From a virus (taxonomy: Duplodnaviria > Caudoviricetes): a DNA stretch of 49,433 nt. The stretch lies in IMG/VR virus record IMGVR_UViG_3300036982_000470, positions 1-49,433 of that record; one strand, written 5' to 3'. Positions 19,636 to 29,420 of the stretch are shown piece after piece. Numbering within the stretch: position 1 is the first letter of the stretch; every line of letters begins with the position of its first letter. The notes beneath the pieces were generated by a model. That model was not told the origin of the DNA and searched no databases. It worked only from the letters and a program-made list of their open reading frames with translations. Both the position numbers and the translations under genes were made by a program.

Positions 19636-22600
19636 GCGTCACTCCCATCAGCTTGAATCCATTTAGTCCCTTGCCACCAGATAGGAAGACCATCAGCGTC
19701 TAAGGTGGTATCTAAAAATAATTTGCCTATCTCTGTTGCTAAAAGAGTTGGTCTATTGCCTGTAGTATCTTTTGCTGGAATACGTTCAATAAAGTTTAAG
19801 GTACCGGCGTCAGCTATATCTGCGGCACATGCTAAGCCTCCCGGTCCGCCACCAATGCCATACTGTTGATAGCCTATACGGCATTTATAAGAGTTTGCAG
19901 TTAAATCTATAGCAGCAGCAGTAGACTTACAAAAAAAGTTTCCATTAACAACAGTCTGTCTTCCGTCTATAACTAAATGATGATCTTGAATTGCATTAAA
20001 ATAATTATCTTCAATAGTAACTTGTGCATATTGAGATACGTTAATACAAGCATCAGAAGCTGAACTAGTACCAAAAAAGTTACGAGCAATAACACCTAAT
20101 TCACCCTGATACTGATTCACTACAACCAAGCGTATATAATCTGTACAACCAGTAGGGTTAAATATATTATCCAAAATAGATATATTGTACCCCACCAAAG
20201 CTGTAGAATCTATACAAAAAGAACACGCGGAATTAGGAAAATGATTTTCTCGTATAACTGTATGAGCAATTGTTCCAGATAACAAAATACCTGTGTCAAC
20301 AACATCAAAATAATTCCTAGTTATTTCATTGTATACACCACGCACACTACTATCAATTCCTATAGTAGCATTCTGTAGTTTATTATCATATATTTTTATA
20401 CGCCCATTTGCATTACAATCAATAATAGTTGTAGCAGTACCATTACCATTTAATATAATTCCATGAATGCTAGTATAACTAGCATCAGTAGACGCTCCTA
20501 AAATAAGCATCGTTGCAGCTGCATTACTTCTAAGTGTAGGACTAGACTCACCATACTGGTCAGAACCAAAATCACAATGAAGCGGTATATTTAAAGTAGA
20601 AATTCTATAAATCTTTTTATAAGCTAGTCTAACTGGAAAATAAAAACTACCATCAATAGATGCGTCCAATGCTATTTGAACAGCGGTAGTATCGTCTGTA
20701 GCATTATCTCCTACAGCTCCAAACCACTCTACTAAAATCTTATCTATACTCCCTGCTGCAAAATTAACTTCTCCAGAAGCTGCTATAAAGCATCTGTGCG
20801 CTGGAGCACTAAAAGTTCCATTAATATTTAATGCATATATTGCAGTAGTTATTGGGCAGCCCTTAAGAATAGACAAACCTTTAGTAATAGTCCTAGTTCC
20901 GGTTAATGAGAAAGCTTCAATTACTATTATAAGATTACAATTAGCATCGGCTTGAGCAGTAATAAGTTCTGCCTCAGTACGAACTTGTATAATAGCATTA
21001 TAAAATACTATAGGTACAGCATCTGTACCATCCGATTTAATCCACTTAGATCCGTTCCACCAAATCGGAAGCCCATCAGCGTCCAAAGTGGTATCCATAT
21101 ACGTCATACCTATGTCATAAGCCGTAGGAGTAGGTCTATTACCAGTAGTATTTTTGTTTAACGCATAAGCAACACTTTTAAGTACAGGATTATGAATTGA
21201 AATAGCAGCTCCTGCAACTGGATTACTGACCGAAGTTGTCAATAAAATAGTAGTTCCAAAATGACCTTTAATTTTATAAAATCCAGTACACCCTGCAATA
21301 TCTATATAAGAACCTCTACTAAAAGCTGTTGTAACTCCTACTATATTAACTATATGATATAAATCCCCAGCAATAACATCTCCCGTAACCGGGAGAGTTC
21401 CTGCACGAATAGTACCCGCTTCTACAACAGCCCATTGCTGAGCATACCCTAAAGATGGAGCATCACTAATTATAATATCTCCACGTTCATAAGTACCGCT
21501 TTGAGTAATACTAGTATTAACTATATTAGGAACAATGTTACCAGCACCATGCATTTCTATTGGAATAGGAGAAAAATCAGCTTGACCAAACATTCCCCAA
21601 GTGTTTAAATCTAATCTATTTCTATTAGAGTTCACACCCAACTCAATTGCACTTTTATACCCTACAAGGTCATCAACTTCAGGTAAAGTAATTCTATTTC
21701 CCGTAATAAGACATTCTCTACCATCACAAAAAATACCTCTTGGGCAGGCTGTAATTTCATTATCAGTTATTTGAACAACCATGTACTGATAAACGTAAAT
21801 GCCTGCACCTTCAAATCTATTTCTAGTAATTACAACAGTAAGAACACGATGCCAATAAACAGCATTAACTTTTATAGCTGCCCAATCAGTAGCTACAGTT
21901 CCACCAATGTCAATACTATTACCAACAAAATCTATATACGTTCCGTAAAAAGTAGCATCTGTTATTAACGCATAACCTTCATGGTTACCACCACTAAAAC
22001 GATTATTTTGAATAGTTATGTAATTAGCGCCATAAGATATTAAAATATGCGTAAAAGGATCACTAGGTTGATCAAAATCACACCGTTCAATTCTACCCCA
22101 AATAATATGTCTACCAATAGCACCGGAGTCTATTTTTGCACCTATAGTGCAACGAATTATTTGACAGTCCAGTAATTGAGAATAATTATTTTGAATAGCA
22201 AGTCCTGCACTCCAGTCACCAAAACTAACACCAACTACACCAACGTAATTATGCCCACTAACAGTAAGATTCCTAATAGTAGAATGGGTCTGCCCTGCTG
22301 TTGCCCATTTAAATCTAACTACAGACTGCCCAACATTAAATGTACCATTTGCTTCTATAATAGACCCAACTTTGTTAGTTCCAGATAAATAAACATTTGT
22401 AGGTACAGTTAATGTAGCTGAAGTTAAATACCTACCAGGAAGAAGCTTTACTTCGTTACCTACCCTGCTACCATATTCTGCTATAGGTGAAATACCCTCA
22501 CCAGAATCAAGGGCTGCTTGAATAGCTAAGTAACAATCGTTTACACCGTTCCCTATAGCTCCAAACCATTCTGAATAAATCGTATCGATGGAACCGCGTT

Positions 22601-23150
22601 CAAATAACACCTCTCCAGAAACTGCGTTAAAGCATTGATAAGAACCTGCATTAAAAGACCCGTAAAAGGCAAGAGTAAAGCCTGTACAAGTAATCCTATT
22701 ATTTTCAACAATGAATAGTGGTTTTAAACTATTAACATCTTGAGTTAACGAAAATGACGCAATAACTATGCCTTGACTCCCAGGAGCAGTTTGAAAATCA
22801 ATTAATTGCTGTTCATTAGTGATAAAATAAATATTGGGGAACCCGCCCCCACCAATCCAGTAATCAATATAATTGGTAAGACAACCTCGACACAACACGC
22901 CTTCAATTTGAGAGGACAAAAGCGCTGTCGTTGGGTCAGCTAAATCAGAATCTGTATAAGTTATGTAATAGGAGTAAAGAACGTTACCACAAGTATCAGA
23001 GCCTTCTGTAAAAGAAGTAAGAAGACCATTTATAAAGGGAGCTCCAGTAGCTGTAAGAGATGTAGCTAAGCAAATAATAATTTCAGCGTTTTCTTCACAG
23101 CGGCAACTAAGTAGCGTGGAACTCTTATAAGTAATGTTTACTGTCGCCAT
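19632..23150 (-). CDS. Tailspike/depolymerase with two tandem pectate-lyase-3-like beta-helix modules
   Basis: Two entry motifs (EWFGAIGNGVNDCYLAIQAALD and EWFGAVGDNATDDTTAVQIALD), Asn-ladder beta-helix repeats, and two TTGNRPT...DTTLDADGLPIWWxGxKWI caps. Confidence 0.85.
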   Translation of the reverse strand: MATVNITYKSSTLLSCRCEENAEIIICLATSLTATGAPFINGLLTSFTEGSDTCGNVLYSYYITYTDSDLADPTTALLSSQIEGVLCRGCLTNYIDYWIGGGGFPNIYFITNEQQLIDFQTAPGSQGIVIASFSLTQDVNSLKPLFIVENNRITCTGFTLAFYGSFNAGSYQCFNAVSGEVLFERGSIDTIYSEWFGAIGNGVNDCYLAIQAALDSGEGISPIAEYGSRVGNEVKLLPGRYLTSATLTVPTNVYLSGTNKVGSIIEANGTFNVGQSVVRFKWATAGQTHSTIRNLTVSGHNYVGVVGVSFGDWSAGLAIQNNYSQLLDCQIIRCTIGAKIDSGAIGRHIIWGRIERCDFDQPSDPFTHILISYGANYITIQNNRFSGGNHEGYALITDATFYGTYIDFVGNSIDIGGTVATDWAAIKVNAVYWHRVLTVVITRNRFEGAGIYVYQYMVVQITDNEITACPRGIFCDGRECLITGNRITLPEVDDLVGYKSAIELGVNSNRNRLDLNTWGMFGQADFSPIPIEMHGAGNIVPNIVNTSITQSGTYERGDIIISDAPSLGYAQQWAVVEAGTIRAGTLPVTGDVIAGDLYHIVNIVGVTTAFSRGSYIDIAGCTGFYKIKGHFGTTILLTTSVSNPVAGAAISIHNPVLKSVAYALNKNTTGNRPTPTAYDIGMTYMDTTLDADGLPIWWNGSKWIKSDGTDAVPIVFYNAIIQVRTEAELITAQADANCNLIIVIEAFSLTGTRTITKGLSILKGCPITTAIYALNINGTFSAPAHRCFIAASGEVNFAAGSIDKILVEWFGAVGDNATDDTTAVQIALDASIDGSFYFPVRLAYKKIYRISTLNIPLHCDFGSDQYGESSPTLRSNAAATMLILGASTDASYTSIHGIILNGNGTATTIIDCNANGRIKIYDNKLQNATIGIDSSVRGVYNEITRNYFDVVDTGILLSGTIAHTVIRENHFPNSACSFCIDSTALVGYNISILDNIFNPTGCTDYIRLVVVNQYQGELGVIARNFFGTSSASDACINVSQYAQVTIEDNYFNAIQDHHLVIDGRQTVVNGNFFCKSTAAAIDLTANSYKCRIGYQQYGIGGGPGGLACAADIADAGTLNFIERIPAKDTTGNRPTLLATEIGKLFLDTTLDADGLPIWWQGTKWIQADGSDA

Positions 23151-23170
23151 AGTAGAGTCCTTCGATATGT

Positions 23171-23199
23171 AGAAATAGTGTGGGGGAAGGCCCCCACAC
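23171..23199 (-). terminator. Intrinsic terminator downstream of the major capsid gene
   Basis: Minus strand GTGTGGGGG-CCTT-CCCCCACAC followed by TATTTCT. Confidence 0.7.
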
Positions 23200-23217
23200 C
23201 GTTAAGCCGTCACACTA

Positions 23218-25059
23218 CTAAGATACACACTGAGTAATCACTGGCCCGTGACCACAAGCCGGACAAGTTGCATCGGTCTCAGGTGGGACACACACTGAGC
23301 AAATGCCTCTAGTCTGACACAGTGGCCCAGAGGTGGTAATTACGTAGACGTTGTGGATCAAATCCACCGCTACAATAATTCCAGTTCCAGTAGTTCCATC
23401 GCCGTAGTAGATGGTGATAACTTCACCAACTTCAGCCTTGATGGCGTGGTTAAGGACTAACTGCACGGTACCGACCTGGTTACAGTCAGAAGCACTTAAC
23501 ACGTCAGCGGAACATCCACGACTGTCGTCACAGAACACAGAAGTGAAGTGACTACAAGTCTCAGGCGTCACACCTTCTGGGAACGTTACTTCAAAGTACT
23601 TGAATGTCGCATCCACTGCCACGACCGTTGCGGTAATGTAACCACCGTTATCCAAGCCCAGAAGAATGGTTCCACCAACGCCTACGGTGTAAGGCACCGC
23701 AAACGCGATAAACCAGTTAGCCGGAGTTACAGGATTATGTACAACCGACAAGATTAATGGACACGGACATGATGTTGCAGGCACGCTATTATTACACTCC
23801 ACAGGTTGAGGTGGGCACGCAGTTTCTGGCAGAAATACCGCCATAGTCCTAACGCTTGGCCTTTCAACTAACACACCGAAAATGCCATTCGAGAACTGTT
23901 GGCTAATTCCAATAGTTGCCGAAGTTGCGAAAAATCCAACTCGCCGGAACGGGTCTTGAATCGTTTGCGGATTCACCCACTGCCACGAATTGAAGTATGC
24001 ATACTCTGGCCCAAACGAGCTATTAGCTCCAAGAGTCGTTTCGGTCGGCATGTAGTATACTTTAAACGGATACTTACCATGAATGAGTACTTCCTCATGA
24101 GTTGCCAGTTCATACCCCGGATTAACTCCAGTGTACGCGCCGACCTCAGAAGGAACGTCATTAACAAACGGCAGCACTTCGATAGGTTCACCAGTAACAG
24201 CAGCTAAGTTAAAGCGCCTCGGATAAAGAATCGGAGCCGCAATAAACATACCTCTAATGGTTGACATGAAGTTATACTTCATGAGGAGATCATTAGCAGC
24301 GCCGCTAAACCGGGCATCACGCCTAAGTTGTGCGTCGTCACGATATAAGTGAGAAAGCAGCTGAGCCGAGCACTCTAATGAGAAAATCGGAGAGCCGTCA
24401 ATTACATCATACGGTACGCAATCAGGAAGCCTACGCATCTGCTCATAGAAAAACTCCAAGAGCATAATGTTTAGAGTCGCCAAACGAGCAGCACCAACAT
24501 TACGGTAAACATAAGGATTACCAGGATTCGGCTGTGCGCCGTTAGAATCAATTACATACTTCTTAGCTAATTGAGTTAAAACGTTTTGACCAATGTTAAG
24601 TTCTTTGAAGAAATCAACCTGGGCATAAAGGTTTTCAACAATCTTAGCAAATAGTTGTTCGAAATGAGCGGTCGTTTGAATCTCGCTGATACAATACTCA
24701 GGAGACCTAAAATCACGATGCATCATTTCCATGACCTTGCGCTCTAACCCATAGCCACCCCAAATCGTCCAGTTATAGGAACAATCAGGCCCTGCGCAAG
24801 CATTACAGCCGTTATTAATCATGTTGTTATTAAGCCGTTTCCAAAGATTGAAACCACGTTCAATCTGGGGCTTTGCAGCACGGTATACGAGCTGTTCTTG
24901 GATAGTTCCATTACCTCTTGGAAACTCTTCAACCTCAAATACATCCCGATACCAATTAGGATGCTGAATAGATAGGTCAATAATTTGAGAAGAGATTAGA
25001 GGGGGAGCTTGTAAAAAAGCTTCTTGGATGTCTTGCGCACATACATTGCAGTCAGTCAT
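23218..25059 (-). CDS. Major capsid protein with a Cys-rich C-terminal extension
   Basis: Follows portal and scaffold, has a long leader and a downstream terminator. About 410-aa core plus a Pro/Cys linker and beta domains. Start moved to MTDCNVC (AGGTG SD; the track gives 25068). Confidence 0.75.
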   Translation of the reverse strand: MTDCNVCAQDIQEAFLQAPPLISSQIIDLSIQHPNWYRDVFEVEEFPRGNGTIQEQLVYRAAKPQIERGFNLWKRLNNNMINNGCNACAGPDCSYNWTIWGGYGLERKVMEMMHRDFRSPEYCISEIQTTAHFEQLFAKIVENLYAQVDFFKELNIGQNVLTQLAKKYVIDSNGAQPNPGNPYVYRNVGAARLATLNIMLLEFFYEQMRRLPDCVPYDVIDGSPIFSLECSAQLLSHLYRDDAQLRRDARFSGAANDLLMKYNFMSTIRGMFIAAPILYPRRFNLAAVTGEPIEVLPFVNDVPSEVGAYTGVNPGYELATHEEVLIHGKYPFKVYYMPTETTLGANSSFGPEYAYFNSWQWVNPQTIQDPFRRVGFFATSATIGISQQFSNGIFGVLVERPSVRTMAVFLPETACPPQPVECNNSVPATSCPCPLILSVVHNPVTPANWFIAFAVPYTVGVGGTILLGLDNGGYITATVVAVDATFKYFEVTFPEGVTPETCSHFTSVFCDDSRGCSADVLSASDCNQVGTVQLVLNHAIKAEVGEVITIYYGDGTTGTGIIVAVDLIHNVYVITTSGPLCQTRGICSVCVPPETDATCPACGHGPVITQCVS

Positions 25060-25236
25060 AAAATACACCTGTAAAATAGAAAGTTAATAAACTTTTACAA
25101 AGTTGTTACACTTTGAATACAATATTTCTTCCTACATACAGTTGTAACGTAACCGACGAATTAGTACGTATCCCCCTGCCGCACCGGGTAGTCGTGGCTC
25201 AGTAACGCACGAAGCACTCGTAAAATTTAATATAGC

Positions 25237-26592
25237 TTATTTTCGCTTAGATGCCAATACATTATTTATTAAACTTTTACCTGCCTCTAAAGGAGTCATT
25301 GGCCTAGCTGCTTGAGACGATGTTTCTACCCCAGGGGCAGAGCTGCCTACTTGAGGGCGATAGATTCTGGCGTTTCTTGCTTGGTTCTGTAAAAGCTCCT
25401 CTGACTGACGTACGGCCTCCGAGCGAGTGGGAATTGCCGTAGCCGAGGCTTGTGCTAAAAGAAACGTTTTTGCAAAGGCTTTACCAAACTCTTTTGACAT
25501 CTTTTCTAGCCCATTTTCAGCAAGCATTGTAATAGCCTTTCCGTACTCTTGGGCTGCTTGCTTTATTAGAGGCTCAACATAAGTCTTATTAAACTCCGGG
25601 TCATCTTCTTTGTAGATAAGCTCAATAGCTTTACCTTCTTGCTTAATCTCCTCATAAGCTTCATCCCAAGAAGATTTAACAGTAGTTCTAATAGCTTCCC
25701 TGTTTTTAGCTACCTGCGTAGCTCTTACTTGTTGTCCCTCTTCTATCAACGTTTGTAACGTTGATACAGGCTCTTTCTCTGCAGCTTGCGCTTGGTCCTG
25801 CAGGCCTTGCGCCTGTTTAATAAGCTGTTTTACTTCTAGAAAGCCACCATCGTCTAAATGATTTGATAAAAATCTGTTTAAATCCGCCTGGTTGCGTACA
25901 TTAACAGCCGATAACAGTTGATTAGGTGGAATTTTGTAATCGTTAGCAATCGCTACTAATTGTTCTTTAATATTTGTAAGAGGCTTAATAAACTTCTCCT
26001 GATACTCAGGAGCTGTTTTAAGAGAGACTATTTTTTCGTATTTTGAAAGACGGGCTATTTCAGTTTCTTTTTCTTGGAGTGCATCGGACAAGATTTCTCC
26101 GGTTTTGTACTTTTCAAGTTCTTCTCTGGTTTGCTGCAATTCTTGCTCTTTTGTTGACAGGACATTTTTTGTTTCATGTAAGACTTTCCTTATGTTTTTA
26201 AAATTTGTTGCAGACGAAGTATCTGGCTCTTCCGGAGTTACGTCAATAGACAGCTCTTTAGGGGCTGCTTCCACCACAGGGGCCGCCACTGGTAGAGTCT
26301 CTTTAACAGGAACTACAGCAGCAGCTGCGACTACTTGTTTCATTTCCTCAACAGCTAACTTTGCTTCATCTGCGCTTCTTTTAGCTTCTTCCGCTTTAAG
26401 AGAAGCGTCTGGAACTATCTCCATACCCGCACGCGCCGCAATGTTTTTCTTAATAAAGTCTAGCGGGCTTTCTCCGGACACAAGCTTTTTAGCCACTTCA
26501 TTAGCCACAGGCTGGGTTAATCCTGGGTTATAAAGCTGCGTTTGTGGAGCAGCCGAAGTTTCATTATTTAAGGGTGGGGATTGGTTGTCCAT
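25237..26592 (-). CDS. Capsid scaffolding protein (putative)
   Basis: Low-complexity N-terminus and a long charged coiled coil, located between portal and capsid genes. Confidence 0.65.
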   Translation of the reverse strand: MDNQSPPLNNETSAAPQTQLYNPGLTQPVANEVAKKLVSGESPLDFIKKNIAARAGMEIVPDASLKAEEAKRSADEAKLAVEEMKQVVAAAAVVPVKETLPVAAPVVEAAPKELSIDVTPEEPDTSSATNFKNIRKVLHETKNVLSTKEQELQQTREELEKYKTGEILSDALQEKETEIARLSKYEKIVSLKTAPEYQEKFIKPLTNIKEQLVAIANDYKIPPNQLLSAVNVRNQADLNRFLSNHLDDGGFLEVKQLIKQAQGLQDQAQAAEKEPVSTLQTLIEEGQQVRATQVAKNREAIRTTVKSSWDEAYEEIKQEGKAIELIYKEDDPEFNKTYVEPLIKQAAQEYGKAITMLAENGLEKMSKEFGKAFAKTFLLAQASATAIPTRSEAVRQSEELLQNQARNARIYRPQVGSSAPGVETSSQAARPMTPLEAGKSLINNVLASKRK

Positions 26593-26938
26593 TTCTTAGT
26601 GCCTCTATTTCTTCTGGTTCTAAATCGCCACTTTCAAGCACTTTATTCATTGCTCCAAAATCAATTGGAGCTTGGGTACTAATATCAGGATGTGCTAAAA
26701 AGAGCTCTCTAAAATAAACAAGCTCATTTAAAGCTTGATTATATCCTAAACTGAAATTTGCTTTCGCCGCTTGCGCTGCTACATAATTTACTGAACTTTC
26801 AGAAGTGGCTCGCACCTGCCCACGCTCGCGCAGGAACTCTAAAACGCCTGTAGAGTTAAGCGTAGAAAGCGCTCGAAGGAAGCCATCGAATGCTTCCTTC
26901 GAATTTTTGAATAAATCAACAGGGTCAATTAATGGCAT
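26564..26938 (-). CDS. Small head-module protein between portal and scaffold
   Basis: 124-aa helical ORF; this syntenic slot is common in podoviruses. Confidence 0.6.
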   Translation of the reverse strand: MPLIDPVDLFKNSKEAFDGFLRALSTLNSTGVLEFLRERGQVRATSESSVNYVAAQAAKANFSLGYNQALNELVYFRELFLAHPDISTQAPIDFGAMNKVLESGDLEPEEIEALRNGQPIPTLK

Positions 26939-26948
26939 AACTTATATT

Positions 26949-29417
26949 TTATAACGGCTCTATATCTGCAGGGGCAGGCGTTACCCCCATCATAGCTTCC
27001 AGCTGTGCTCTATTTTGTTCTAAGGTTGCTTCATTAGCGGCCTTAGTGTGTTCTACCACATTCTTATTACTAGTTTCAATCATTTTGTTTTGATGCTCTA
27101 AACCAATCTTAAGTCTCTGATTTTCCGAGTCTTTATCAATTTTTTGCTTCATGACTTCGGCTCTAGTAACATTAGCTTGGTCAGCTCTTCTTACTTGTGC
27201 TCCAACTTTAAAGTCAGCACGCCTTACTTCAGCTTCCACTTTAAACTTCTTCAAAGCCTCATCACTCATAGCAGCCTGCTGTGCTTGTTGTTGTTCCTGC
27301 TGTTCCCTAATACGTGCCTGAAGCATACTTTCGGCGTTCTTCTTGTTTAATCTGGCGTACTGGGTAATTTGGTCAAAAGGCTTCTTTATCTGCCCCACAA
27401 AATTAGCCGAGAAAGGAGAACGCACCACAGCTTCAAAGTGTTCTGCCATATGCGGAATAAGAACTGTAAACACTTTATCCGCTGCAATTGGGTCCATCTG
27501 CTGCCCTGCTACAGCCTTTACAGTGTAATCTCCTAACGCGATATGCGTGGCCATGTGACTCTGATGTTCATTATCCATAGAGAAAATTGCAGACTCACCC
27601 GTCTTCATGACAGCGTTTTCGACTCCTGCTAAAGAAGCTCCTCCAGCACGCTCGTCCGACTCTGAGCTATCCGGCAAGAACACTGAAAGATAATCTATAC
27701 CCATTGTGGCGGTAATATATTCCCGCTGATATTCTCTTGACTGTTTTGGTCCGAAAGTTGGCATAAGAAATTGAAGCTCTTGGAGTCCCATAATACGAGC
27801 AAGAGTTGAGCCGTCTCCTGCAACTCTAGAAGCTTTGCATCTAAGGTGTCTAGGGAGGCCATCAATACCAAGTTTTCCGGTAGCAAAGAGTTCTTCAGGA
27901 ACTCCATCATCAAAGCATCTTTGCTTCCATTCATGAGCATAATCATAGCCAGGGTCCCCTTTCTTTGATTTAAGCATTCGGGAAACCATGTTTTTCCCGA
28001 CTATATCGTATTGATTGTAGTAGTGGGCAATGTTATTTTTTAACACTCCAAACTCTTTGTAAGACTGCATTCTAGCTTGACTGGGGCTTACAGAACCCAC
28101 AGAAGCGTCCGGCTGGCTTGGGTCGTCACCTGCGTTAGCAATATTGTATTGAAGTTTATTTAGAAGGTACTGTGAGCCACCAATCATCTGGTCAATATTA
28201 GCACCCATATTGTTTTGCACAAACTCAGCAGTACCTATATTTGTGGGAACTCCGGGAATAAAGCGGATGGCTTCAAAGTCTTTAGTCCCAGTAGAAAGAC
28301 CTTTTACCATAGGAGTGGAGCTCCAGCGCACAGTGTCTACAATCGAGCAGTCAATCTGGTTCATAGCCTGAGCTAAAGAATACAATTCGTGTCCAGTGCC
28401 GCGATTTGAATGTATAGTAGATTCCCCCGGAGAAGCAGTAAAGATAACAAAAGCTTCTTGAAGACTATCGTACTGATTATCGAAACGATACAAGAAATCA
28501 CCATTATCATAATTACGATGAAACATATAATGAGAAATTTTTCCATCATATTCTTTGTAAAATAGCGATACCATTCTAATAGAATCTGAAAATATTGCAT
28601 CATAACATACATCCCCATTTTGAAGACGGCGTTGCATATCTACAAAGTCAATAAATTCGTAATTCGTTTTGGCATGTGTATTTGCCATGTGTAATAGTAA
28701 TTTGGTTAGTTCGTCTTTACTCCAAGGAGTTTCACCTTCTTTTTTATCTTTAATCTCTTCGTAAACTTCGAAAAGATATTGAACCGTGAAAAACGATTCC
28801 ACGCAGACTGCTGTTACTTGTTCAATGTCGGACTGACATTGGTCCTGAACAAAAAACTTTGAAAGGTCCACTACCCGCCAGCGCCAATCCCGCTCGTCCG
28901 GCCAGAAAATAGGAGAGATACCAAGTTTGACAATCTGCGCCCCGTGCATGTTAGTAAGCGTATTATAACTTGGCCATGAGCGAATCACGTCATTTAAATG
29001 ATGACTCATGATATCTGCAAATTCCAAAAGCTCAGGAGCTTTGCCTTTATCTCCTGGAAACTTTAAGCCAAGTCTAAACAGAACTTCAGCCTGATTTAAA
29101 AGGTTCCAATAAGCAAGAGCGCCACGCTTGTAGAGAGAGCGAGCATCAAGAGTATTAAAATTAGCAATGTGCAGAAGTCCAAACTTTTGAAGTTCTGCTG
29201 GATTATACGGGGGATTTCCAGCAATAAGACCTTCAATTTTAGCATATAAATCAATCCTTTTAACATGCTCAGCACGAAATTTGAAATAAATAGATTTTGC
29301 AGCAGTTATAGTTTTTACAATATTTGTAGGAGCTACTAAGTTACCTTTCGCATCAGGGACTACTTGTCCACGCAAGACGTCACGGCCACCGATAATTGAA
29401 TCAAGATTCTCTGCCAT
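26949..29417 (-). CDS. Portal protein
   Basis: 822 aa at the start of the head module, with a C-terminal Gln-rich coiled coil like the P22-type barrel. Confidence 0.75.
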   Translation of the reverse strand: MAENLDSIIGGRDVLRGQVVPDAKGNLVAPTNIVKTITAAKSIYFKFRAEHVKRIDLYAKIEGLIAGNPPYNPAELQKFGLLHIANFNTLDARSLYKRGALAYWNLLNQAEVLFRLGLKFPGDKGKAPELLEFADIMSHHLNDVIRSWPSYNTLTNMHGAQIVKLGISPIFWPDERDWRWRVVDLSKFFVQDQCQSDIEQVTAVCVESFFTVQYLFEVYEEIKDKKEGETPWSKDELTKLLLHMANTHAKTNYEFIDFVDMQRRLQNGDVCYDAIFSDSIRMVSLFYKEYDGKISHYMFHRNYDNGDFLYRFDNQYDSLQEAFVIFTASPGESTIHSNRGTGHELYSLAQAMNQIDCSIVDTVRWSSTPMVKGLSTGTKDFEAIRFIPGVPTNIGTAEFVQNNMGANIDQMIGGSQYLLNKLQYNIANAGDDPSQPDASVGSVSPSQARMQSYKEFGVLKNNIAHYYNQYDIVGKNMVSRMLKSKKGDPGYDYAHEWKQRCFDDGVPEELFATGKLGIDGLPRHLRCKASRVAGDGSTLARIMGLQELQFLMPTFGPKQSREYQREYITATMGIDYLSVFLPDSSESDERAGGASLAGVENAVMKTGESAIFSMDNEHQSHMATHIALGDYTVKAVAGQQMDPIAADKVFTVLIPHMAEHFEAVVRSPFSANFVGQIKKPFDQITQYARLNKKNAESMLQARIREQQEQQQAQQAAMSDEALKKFKVEAEVRRADFKVGAQVRRADQANVTRAEVMKQKIDKDSENQRLKIGLEHQNKMIETSNKNVVEHTKAANEATLEQNRAQLEAMMGVTPAPADIEPL

Positions 29418-29420
29418 AAA

